This document shows positions 10,616 to 19,343 of a stretch of DNA of 64,000 nucleotides, piece after piece. The position numbers were made by a program, and so were the translations under genes. Below the pieces are notes generated by a model. That model did no database searches. It saw nothing but the letters and a program-made list of their open reading frames with translations, and was not told the origin of the DNA. The stretch spans positions 32,001 through 96,000 of the forward strand of contig JALGVJ010000003.1 in NCBI GenBank assembly GCA_029838195.1. Reading direction: 5' to 3'. This DNA comes from Promethearchaeota archaeon. Lineage in GTDB: Archaea; Asgardarchaeota; Lokiarchaeia; Sigyniarchaeales; SOKP01. How positions within the stretch are numbered: position 1 is the stretch's first letter; the number at the start of each line of letters is the position of its first letter.

Positions 10616-11860
10616 ATGACATTAGTCAAATTAATTAACAGCATTTTAGAAATAGCGCGTAAAACTACGACTTATAAATTTGCAACCTTACTTTCTATTT
10701 TTGATTATGTTATAGATCATCCTGAAGAAGAGCCGATTAATAATTTTCATTTTATTCCAATAATCTATTTAGCAAGGCAATTCTTTTCCTATTATTATCC
10801 TCTTTCTTATTATGATTTTTCTCAAGGAACATCTACCGGGCTTGCGATTTATTCTCAAATCAATAAAAAATTAAAAAATAATGATAAGATAAATGACAAA
10901 TTATTATTAAAAGCCTTGAAGTCTCGAGCAGAGGGAATTGTTTGGATCAATCAATTGTATGATTCTCCCGATATGCTTCCAGAAATCCTTGTTAAGTTAC
11001 TTTGGGACATTCGAGGTAAGATTATTGATCAACCCTTGCATTATATTTCAAATATAGCAGGGACAAAACGAAGGTTTTTCGGCATAATAAATAAAACCCT
11101 TCAATTTGATTCTACTTATGAGGTTCATCGAGAAAAAGCAAGAAAGCAGCTTCCTCCCAACGAGCCCATGAATTGGTTGCAAATATTCATGTATGATCAA
11201 ACTTCTCTAATAATTGATGATCTTACTTATAAGGAATTAGCCCGATTTAGATTTTGGATTCGTGATGTGATTTTAAAGAAATGGTTTGAATTTTCACATG
11301 AAATTGACAAGAACAAGGGAAATATTTCTTATGATTATGGGGAATTTTTTAATATCTTGAATTTAGCCTATAAAAAAGAGATTTCTCGTGATTCATATTT
11401 GATATCTCGTTATAGAGATTTCTATATTCATATAGGAGCTCTTATTTCAATTTTTTCGGGGAAACGCTTCAATTCTAATGATAATTTTCAAATAGATCAT
11501 TTATTACCTTGGTCCTATTATCGCGTCAATCGTTTTTGGAATCTTTTTCCTCTTGAACCCGATATAAATCGAGAGAAATCAAATTATCTTCCGCGTCTCA
11601 CGGAAGAAATAGAGAAGAGAATTGCTCACCATTTAGAAGCGTGTATAAATAATTTAGACAACTCTTTAATAAAGAATGATTTGACTTATTTTTATTGGAT
11701 TCTTCAGAAGGATTTTACTTTTACTATTGAAGAATGTCATGCGGATGAAGTCGTGGAGCAATTATTGGTAGCAATTAAGAAAGATCTAAAGAATTTAAGA
11801 AGAATCATTCCGGGAAAAGAATATATTAAAGATACCTCATCAATCAAGGAGGGCAAATAA
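10616..11860 (+). CDS. HNH endonuclease, modification-dependent restriction enzyme-like
   Basis: N-terminal TTTYKFA...LARQFFSYYY; C-terminal IDHLLPWS...WNL...INREKSN HNH motif. Confidence 0.8.
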   Translation: MTLVKLINSILEIARKTTTYKFATLLSIFDYVIDHPEEEPINNFHFIPIIYLARQFFSYYYPLSYYDFSQGTSTGLAIYSQINKKLKNNDKINDKLLLKALKSRAEGIVWINQLYDSPDMLPEILVKLLWDIRGKIIDQPLHYISNIAGTKRRFFGIINKTLQFDSTYEVHREKARKQLPPNEPMNWLQIFMYDQTSLIIDDLTYKELARFRFWIRDVILKKWFEFSHEIDKNKGNISYDYGEFFNILNLAYKKEISRDSYLISRYRDFYIHIGALISIFSGKRFNSNDNFQIDHLLPWSYYRVNRFWNLFPLEPDINREKSNYLPRLTEEIEKRIAHHLEACINNLDNSLIKNDLTYFYWILQKDFTFTIEECHADEVVEQLLVAIKKDLKNLRRIIPGKEYIKDTSSIKEGK

Positions 11861-12044
11861 AGGAGTTTTGAAGGCATATAATTTTATTTTCTATAAATTT
11901 TAAATCAGTTTTATGGTTAATGGAAATTTAATGGAAAAAAGAAGTAATCTAAAAAAATTAATTTCTAACTATTCATATTAGGGGGGTCATGTTTTTATAG
12001 GCATACTGCATTATTTTGTTTAATAACAAAAAAAATGAGGACCA

Positions 12045-13709
12045 ATGGAATTTGAAAATAGAATTTCTCCAGCGGTGGTTGATGAGACCTCATGGAAGGA
12101 GAATGAGGAGCAGGTTTCGGTCAAGCCTGAATTGGAGGTGGCCACGGTTCTTTCTTATTTTGAGGAGCAGCGGGATCCTGTTGGCAAAATAAAGAAAAAG
12201 TCGAAGGAGCAATATCAGAGCTTATTGAAGCTTTATTGGCCTTATTATTTGATTCCGCTGAGCGAGGAAAATAGTGCAATTGGGATTGACGGCATGGCCT
12301 TAAGTTCTCTGGAGCTATTCAAAGGTCTGGCGATTAGGGAAGAGCAGATAAGGAACGAATTAAAAAACTTGGAAGATGCTGCGTTGCTTGAAGGGCTGGC
12401 AAATTTACAAGAAGCTTATAAAAGTTTAGGGGAGAAAGAGAAAGTAAAAGGCCTATTGTCTCCCGAATTCACGAAAGCCTTAATTGATTTAAGCAATTAT
12501 AGCTTGAAAGAGGGGTATTTGGGAATCTCCATCACGCCAGTTGTAGATGAGGATAAAGCTACAGAGATTTTTGAGAAAGTGGACATTTACGTGAAGACTA
12601 TAGCGGAAATAAAAGGTGATATTGATAAGAAGAATCAAATGATTGAAGAGGCGCTTAAACAAAAGAAAGAGGAAATAAATGGAGAAATCAAGGCGTTAGA
12701 AGCGGAGTATGACCAAAAAATAAATGAAATGACTCCTATCATCGAGGAAAATAAGCGAAACATTAATTCTAAGAGACAAGGCGAGATTGCGCATTTAAAG
12801 GAAGAGCGGAACAAGGAAATCGTCCAGACCATGAATTTAATCAAGGAATCTTTCAAGCCTATAGAAGCGAAAGTGGCATTTCTCAATGATTTATGGGAAA
12901 AAGACAAGAATACGGTGTTGAATATAAACGAGTCGGGAGAATTAATATCAGAAATCGAAGGGAGCATTGACCGGTTCAAGAATAGGATAAAAGAATTTGA
13001 TACTGAATTGACTAATATCCGTCAAGAAATCAATAAGATTGCTGAGCGTTTCACTCAAATTAATCAAAAATATGATAATGAGGAAAATATTGTTAATTCA
13101 AAATATGATAAACAAATTCAAGAAGAGGAGGCAAAAATCTCGGCTTTAGAAAACGAGAAAAGCGGAAAAATTAAAGAACGGCAAGAGATGGCAAATAAAT
13201 TAGACCAGCAATTAGCTCACCTCCAAGAATTAACGGATTCATTCAAAGAGCAATTAGACCAATCTGTTTCAGATTTAGATGAATATATTGCGAGAAATAC
13301 GGAATTAGGAAAACCTCTTAAATTAGAAGTGCCCATTTGGGTGGCTAAATTTTTTCATGTTAAAGAAGGTAGTCGTCAAATAGTTTTACCTCCGGTTTTT
13401 CTCCCAAGAATCATGCCGAAGAAAATAAAAGATGATGGATTAGGGCAAAATGATATACCGGTCATGATTTACAATGAATTATTCATTCCACATCTCAAGG
13501 AAACCTTTCAGAAATTTCTACAAGAAGAATCTGCCGCGAAAAAGCAAATGGAGGAAGATATAGGCGAGCAAGATTATCTTAAAATTAAAGAAATTCGAAA
13601 TCGTTTTATTGACGGGATTGACATGCTCTTGGGAAGGCAATTGATCTCTGCCAAAGCAAAAGAGATCATCCAAGCTAACGTGCTGGCAGCCTTCAAATCA
13701 TTTGAATAA
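12045..13709 (+). CDS. Long coiled-coil hypothetical protein
   Basis: About 250 aa of heptad-rich sequence between globular YWPYY and VPIWV segments; higher GC than its neighbours. Confidence 0.75.
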   Translation: MEFENRISPAVVDETSWKENEEQVSVKPELEVATVLSYFEEQRDPVGKIKKKSKEQYQSLLKLYWPYYLIPLSEENSAIGIDGMALSSLELFKGLAIREEQIRNELKNLEDAALLEGLANLQEAYKSLGEKEKVKGLLSPEFTKALIDLSNYSLKEGYLGISITPVVDEDKATEIFEKVDIYVKTIAEIKGDIDKKNQMIEEALKQKKEEINGEIKALEAEYDQKINEMTPIIEENKRNINSKRQGEIAHLKEERNKEIVQTMNLIKESFKPIEAKVAFLNDLWEKDKNTVLNINESGELISEIEGSIDRFKNRIKEFDTELTNIRQEINKIAERFTQINQKYDNEENIVNSKYDKQIQEEEAKISALENEKSGKIKERQEMANKLDQQLAHLQELTDSFKEQLDQSVSDLDEYIARNTELGKPLKLEVPIWVAKFFHVKEGSRQIVLPPVFLPRIMPKKIKDDGLGQNDIPVMIYNELFIPHLKETFQKFLQEESAAKKQMEEDIGEQDYLKIKEIRNRFIDGIDMLLGRQLISAKAKEIIQANVLAAFKSFE

Positions 13710-13896
13710 CTCCACTATTTTTTATTATTTTAAATATTTGTTAGCAGAGAGAAATAGTTAGTAATGGTAAAATCAATTCATATTATTTTTAAAGGAGGTA
13801 ATCAAGTTCGTTTTTAAAAACAAATCTTAAAAAAGGTTCAATAAGAGAATTTTTTTCCATGAAACGGAACATTTTATCAATTTAAAAGTAAATCGA

Positions 13897-14550
13897 TTAT
13901 TTTGACTTGTGAGTTCTAACTAAATCTACTATAGATTCTTCTGCTTTAAGGGTAAGAAGGCGATCTTTTTCTATCAAATGTAATTTTCTGGCCTTTTCAT
14001 TAATCAACCACAATTCAGAATGAATGTTTTCTTCGTCTTGTTTATTTTGATTTTTCCCTGGTAAGCGAATAGAACAAGATTGTAAATTGTCTATAATGCC
14101 ATAGATATAATCTCGAGAAATAATAGCATATTTGTCATGGATTTTTAATAATTTGAAGTACTCTTGAGGCTGATATTGGTCGCATTTATATTTAAAATGA
14201 AATTCCTTATTTTTATTAACATAAATGGGCATGCCACAAAAAATACATCTTCTTAAAGATCCTTGCACTTTTAAGAATCTTGGTTCTTCTGATAGATAAT
14301 ATTTAAATTTTGTATGACCATATCTTGTTTTATAACCTGAAAGACTTTGGAATTTGAAGATCTCATTATCTTCTTTAGCCCTTTTTTCCAAATGGTATTT
14401 AATTTTAGAAAGAGTCCAATCTTGAGCGGTAAAATAACCTTTTTGATAAAAAAAATCAGAATGTACATAATCAAGAATCTCCAATGGAGCACAAGGCCCA
14501 AATTCGGATACAATGTTTTTAATGAAATCCATTTTAGAATATAAAACCAT
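13897..14550 (-). CDS. Hypothetical protein with putative wHTH and Zn finger (CxxC...H...C)
   Basis: RRCIFCG...HFKYKC; starts about 50 bp after the SMC-NYN stop on the same strand. Confidence 0.65.
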   Translation of the reverse strand: MVLYSKMDFIKNIVSEFGPCAPLEILDYVHSDFFYQKGYFTAQDWTLSKIKYHLEKRAKEDNEIFKFQSLSGYKTRYGHTKFKYYLSEEPRFLKVQGSLRRCIFCGMPIYVNKNKEFHFKYKCDQYQPQEYFKLLKIHDKYAIISRDYIYGIIDNLQSCSIRLPGKNQNKQDEENIHSELWLINEKARKLHLIEKDRLLTLKAEESIVDLVRTHKSK

Positions 14551-14602
14551 GAACTTTATTTTTTTTTAAAATCTTCCCCTTTCTGAATAAAAATTTAAAA
14601 TT

Positions 14603-17600
14603 TTATAGTTTACCATCCATTATTTTTTTAATTTTTTCTTCGAAACCTTCTTCAAATTGAATTCTATTTACTAATATGTTATAACGTATGGAGTGTTCCT
14701 CAAGAAATTGATTATATTGAGGATATTTTTCTCGATAATCCAAATATCTATCATTAGTAATAATATAAGAATTGTTTTTCCGTGCAAAATCTATGATGAA
14801 CCAATCATCATCTCTTCCTGCTGGTGCTTGAGAGATGGTTGGTTCATTAATTAATTTTTCAAATAACATTAGTTCTCCTTCAGAAATTTTATGTCTGATT
14901 CCCGAACCAAAAAGAATTAAAATATTTTTTTCTGGTACTCCCAAATTAATAAGTTTCTTCTTACAATTAAGTACATTTCTAATTGAAGGTTTATTTGAAA
15001 TGGGATTACTATAAGCGATATTAGATCCATCCAGAATGAATGAAAATTCAAGAGAATCTTCTAAACCATCGTCAATTCCAAGAATGGGTCGTTTTTGAGA
15101 AATCGTAGATTCAGAGAAATTCCCATTATTATTAATTAAAGGTATCTTTCCTACATTAAAATCTAAAATTTTACGTTCTGAATTAGGAAAATTAATCTCT
15201 TGATAATATCCTTGAGTAGCCACTTCTTTTTGGAAATCATTAAGAATTTTAAGTTGAGAATTTAGACTATCGATATTAGAAGTAATCCCCCTCTTTTTTT
15301 CTTCATCAATAGTTCTTTCTACGAGTTCTGCGATGGTATCTAAATCCTCTTTTAAAGGCAGTAAATTGATAAATTTGGTAATATATCCTTTTTGAACCAT
15401 TTCTTCTTGAAATTGGTATAAATTTTGACCATGCTCGTGATCTAATAATGCATACGATTCATCAAGGACGACAATATTATATTTAGCAATTTTTGCACTC
15501 ATGGAGATAATGGAGCGACAATAAGCATAAGTCTTCTCGCCGCTTGAAAATTCTTCCAAATCTCTGGTTTCTTGTAACCCTGCTTTTGTTTCAAATATTA
15601 TTGTTTTATTTTTAATATCAAATTGTAAAATTTGAGAATAATCTTTAAACACGTATTCGAAAAATTCCTTTTTACCATAGATATCTTTAAAAATTTTATC
15701 AAATTGTTCAGTTATAATTTTTAAATGAGCTTCATTTTTAGGTTTCTTCCCTTCAATGACCTTTTCTATATCATCTTTAAGAATTTTCAATCGTTTTTGG
15801 AGTTCTTTTGTAGAATTAATATATTTATTTAGTTTTTCGACATGATTATTATAATAATCAATGAATTTTCCCATTTCCAAAAACCCGAATTTCCGTGCAA
15901 CCTCTTTTATTTTTGATGTTAATGGTTCTAATTTTTTTTTAAGATCTTCTACTGATGCTTTGATTTTTTCCTCCTCATATTCCATTTTATTTAATTCTTG
16001 TTTATCTAATTCAAGCTTTTGATTAAGTTCAACAATTTTTTGTGTAAGAGCCTTTGGATTTGGATGTGGTTGATTCCTGTTTAGCCCTAATTTATTAATA
16101 AGGGATAATTTAGAAGGGATTTCATTAATTCGATTTAATAAATTCTCAATATCTTCGATTTTTTTCTTACGGGAATCAATTTCACGCTCTAAATTTTCAA
16201 TATTTTTCGTTTTTTCTGTTATTTTTTCTTTTAAATTCTTAATTCTTGTGTTGAGATTAATATAATCATCGATTTTAGAACTCTTACCCATCAATTGCTT
16301 TTTTAAATTCATCAAACTTTTTTGATTCTTGCTATATTTTTTTAAAATTTCAAGAATTTCTTTATTTTTTTTAATTTTTTCATTTAAACCTTGAACGGTA
16401 TTTTTATATTGTTTCAATTTCTCATTTTCCTTAAAAACAAGATTATTCTCCTCAAAAATCTCATGAAGCTTTTTAAAAGAAAAATAGAGTTCATTTCCAT
16501 TCTCTAATTTAAATTTAATGAGGTTTTCTTTACCAAAATCATGAGAACTAGCTTTGCTACAAGTATCCCGTAATTGGGTTAGAAATTTATTTATTTCAAT
16601 AATTCTTTCATTCTTTTTATTTAATTGTTCAATAATGCTTTTAGAATCAGTTAATTCCTCTTCATATTTATTTATTTTTTGTCCAATTTCTTTAATAATC
16701 AAGTTTGATTCTTTTTCATGTAAACTCTCTAAATTCAAGTTGAAGTCATGAATTAATCGTTTTTCTAATTTATCCCTTTCTTTTTCCTTTTTTCCTATCT
16801 TTTTTAATAAGTTTTTGGTTTTTGTATCAAATTGATTTTGAAAATCTTCATATTTTTTTTGATAGTCAATTAATTTCTTATAATCTACTTCTTTTTTTTC
16901 TTTAAGCTGCTCAAGCTTCGATTCCTCTTCTTGTTTTTGCAGAGTTAAGCTTTCTTCGTCATTCTCACATATAAATAATAATTTTTTAAATAATCCAATT
17001 TGTTTTTCTATTTTTTCTATTTTCGATTTTCTATTTAAATTACTGTTCTTAAATTGATTGATTCTATTTAATTGGTCACTATATTGTTCTTGTAATTTAA
17101 TATAGGAAGTAATTGTATTACCTGTCATAGATTCAGATATCCATTCTTGATATTGATTTAGAAACTCTAATTTTTTCTCTAAATTTTTTATTTTTTGTTC
17201 TATTTTTGCTACAAACACATCCTTAAAGAATAGAATTTGCTGTTTAAGAGATTCATCTCCCCTAATGGTTCGAATATTGAAGCAATCACGAAATTTTTCA
17301 TGGCTGATTTCTCTCTCTCCTCTGTTATCTATTTCATAAAAATTTCCAAGACTCAATGGATTAATCCGATTTAAGCTATTATCAAATTTCCATAAATGGG
17401 GTATTAATTTCACTTTATATTTGAGATTTTTATTAATTTCAAATATAATTTCACATGATTCAATGGCTTTAATAAATTTTGTAAAGTTAGCTTCATTTTT
17501 GAAAATATAATTATCTGAAGCAATTTCAAGGAGTGTAGCGGCCATGGATTTACCAATTCCATTTTTACCATGAATAGTGATGATACTCTGAGGTGCGATA

Positions 17601-17671
17601 TAAGGAATAACGTTTCTTCCTCTTGCATTAATATTAATGCTAATGTATTGAGCTGGTTTCATATCAAGCAT
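14603..17671 (-). CDS. SMC/Rad50-like ABC ATPase fused to a C-terminal Zc3h12a/Regnase-type NYN (PIN-fold) ribonuclease
   Basis: Walker A GKNGIGKS, coiled coils, signature FSSGE, Walker B VVLDES/YALLD; C-terminal ILDGSNIA...DDDWFII...IITNDRYLD. Confidence 0.85.
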   Translation of the reverse strand: MLDMKPAQYISININARGRNVIPYIAPQSIITIHGKNGIGKSMAATLLEIASDNYIFKNEANFTKFIKAIESCEIIFEINKNLKYKVKLIPHLWKFDNSLNRINPLSLGNFYEIDNRGEREISHEKFRDCFNIRTIRGDESLKQQILFFKDVFVAKIEQKIKNLEKKLEFLNQYQEWISESMTGNTITSYIKLQEQYSDQLNRINQFKNSNLNRKSKIEKIEKQIGLFKKLLFICENDEESLTLQKQEEESKLEQLKEKKEVDYKKLIDYQKKYEDFQNQFDTKTKNLLKKIGKKEKERDKLEKRLIHDFNLNLESLHEKESNLIIKEIGQKINKYEEELTDSKSIIEQLNKKNERIIEINKFLTQLRDTCSKASSHDFGKENLIKFKLENGNELYFSFKKLHEIFEENNLVFKENEKLKQYKNTVQGLNEKIKKNKEILEILKKYSKNQKSLMNLKKQLMGKSSKIDDYINLNTRIKNLKEKITEKTKNIENLEREIDSRKKKIEDIENLLNRINEIPSKLSLINKLGLNRNQPHPNPKALTQKIVELNQKLELDKQELNKMEYEEEKIKASVEDLKKKLEPLTSKIKEVARKFGFLEMGKFIDYYNNHVEKLNKYINSTKELQKRLKILKDDIEKVIEGKKPKNEAHLKIITEQFDKIFKDIYGKKEFFEYVFKDYSQILQFDIKNKTIIFETKAGLQETRDLEEFSSGEKTYAYCRSIISMSAKIAKYNIVVLDESYALLDHEHGQNLYQFQEEMVQKGYITKFINLLPLKEDLDTIAELVERTIDEEKKRGITSNIDSLNSQLKILNDFQKEVATQGYYQEINFPNSERKILDFNVGKIPLINNNGNFSESTISQKRPILGIDDGLEDSLEFSFILDGSNIAYSNPISNKPSIRNVLNCKKKLINLGVPEKNILILFGSGIRHKISEGELMLFEKLINEPTISQAPAGRDDDWFIIDFARKNNSYIITNDRYLDYREKYPQYNQFLEEHSIRYNILVNRIQFEEGFEEKIKKIMDGKL

Positions 17672-17685
17672 TTTTCTTTCCCTCT

Positions 17686-18160
17686 TTATATTTTATTTCT
17701 ATTATCAAGGTATTTTCGGAACTCTTCATTAGAAAAATTTTCAAAATTATTACATTTAATGAGGGAATCCAGGAATTCTTGATAAACATCTTCTAAATTA
17801 AACGTCTCAACAATCTTCTGAATTAATGATTCTGTAATCATCTCATAATCCATAATTATTTCACGTAAAATATTTTTGCAGTTTTCCAATAAATACATGT
17901 GTTTTTTAGAAATTTATATCTTTCTAAAAATATAAAATTAGAAAATTTAAAAAATTCGAATCTCGCTTCATCACCATAACGACAATAAAAATTAAAAAAA
18001 TGTTATCATCCAATTCTCTAATAAACCACATTAATATAAATTTTTTTTTTGGTAATTGAGATAAATTAAATAATATCATCAAGAAGATTACATAAGAAAT
18101 GGTAGATTCAAAGAATTTAATATTATTAAGATTAATCTTTAAATGAGTATCAATAAGCAA
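17686..18160 (-). pseudogene. Small ORF or fragmented gene upstream of SMC-NYN
   Basis: 70-aa ORF 17686-17898 with protein-like open stretches in other frames upstream (e.g. FYCRYGDEARFEFF), separated by A/T homopolymers. Confidence 0.35.
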
Positions 18161-18185
18161 AAAAAGGAAAAAGGTATGTAAAATC

Positions 18186-19310
18186 GTGTCAGAGAAAGAA
18201 AAAGAAGAAGGGATATATTATATTGATGCCAAGCAATTAGAAAGCTTTATGAGGGACGTTTTCATAGCGTTAGGCGTGCCCGAAGAGGATGCGAAGATCA
18301 TAGCAGATGTCTTAATCACGTCTGATTTGCGGGGGATAGAGTCTCACGGCGTTCAGCGTTTCAAGATGTATTATGATAGAATTCGTGCGGGCATTTATGA
18401 AACTAAAACCAAGATTGATGTCATAAAAGATGGCCCCACCACGGCGTTATGGGATGGTAATAACGGAATGGGGCACGTCATTGCGTATAAAGCCATGAAA
18501 ACAGCCATAGAAAAGGCAAAGAAGTACGGATTAGGCGCCGTGGCGGTCAGGAATTCCACGCATTTTGGGATTGCCGGCTATTATTCCTTGATGGCGATAA
18601 AAGAAGGCATGATTGGCATTACAACCACGAATGCGAGACCGTCGATTCCTCCGACTTTTGGGTGCGAACCGATGTTAGGTACGAATCCCTTGACAGTGGG
18701 AGCTCCAACAGATGAAGAATTTCCTTTTCTCTTGGATTGCGCGACTTCTATCATCCAGCGGGGAAAAGTAGAGCTATATGCTCGGTTAAACAAGAAACTT
18801 CCGAAAAATACGGTAATTGATGACAAAGGAGAAGAATTAAGAGATCCTCAAGAAATTTTAGATAAGATGTTAGAAAGGAAAGCTTGTTTATTGCCATTAG
18901 GGGGGAAGGGAGAAGAAACTGCTGGTTATAAAGGATATGGATATGCTACAGTGGTCGAGCTGTTATCTGCTGCCTTGCAAGAGGGGATATATTTAAGGGA
19001 TACCTTAGGGATCAAGGAAAATGGACAAAAACGATTAAAAGTAGGGCATTTCTTCTTGGCAATTAATATAGAGAATTTTGCCGGTTTAGAATCATTTAAA
19101 AGAACCGCAGGTAATATCATGAGAGATTTGCGAAGTTCTCGAAAGATACCCGGCAAAGAAAGAATTTATACTGCCGGTGAAAAGGAGCACGAGATGAGCA
19201 AGAAACGAGAAAAAACGGGAATCCCCCTTAATAAGAGCATTCAAGAAGATCTTTTAACCATGCAAAAAGAATTAGGATTAACTCAATATAAATTTCCTTT
19301 TAAATCATGA
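18186..19310 (+). CDS. Ldh_2 family (malate/L-lactate/L-sulfolactate) oxidoreductase
   Basis: DLRGIESHG, NSTHFGIAG, GTNP, GYKGYG motifs. Confidence 0.9.
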   Translation: MSEKEKEEGIYYIDAKQLESFMRDVFIALGVPEEDAKIIADVLITSDLRGIESHGVQRFKMYYDRIRAGIYETKTKIDVIKDGPTTALWDGNNGMGHVIAYKAMKTAIEKAKKYGLGAVAVRNSTHFGIAGYYSLMAIKEGMIGITTTNARPSIPPTFGCEPMLGTNPLTVGAPTDEEFPFLLDCATSIIQRGKVELYARLNKKLPKNTVIDDKGEELRDPQEILDKMLERKACLLPLGGKGEETAGYKGYGYATVVELLSAALQEGIYLRDTLGIKENGQKRLKVGHFFLAINIENFAGLESFKRTAGNIMRDLRSSRKIPGKERIYTAGEKEHEMSKKREKTGIPLNKSIQEDLLTMQKELGLTQYKFPFKS

Positions 19311-19343
19311 AATTAAAACCAAGAAATTCAATTTATCTAAATT

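Larger units (their letters stand above)
1..18160. other. AT-rich, nuclease-dense accessory/defence-like island; left edge lies outside the window
   Basis: Visibly lower GC than genes after 18,186, except 12045-13709. Clusters Rad50, GIY-YIG, NurA, HerA, HNH and SMC-NYN genes. No integrase or att site seen. Confidence 0.65.
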
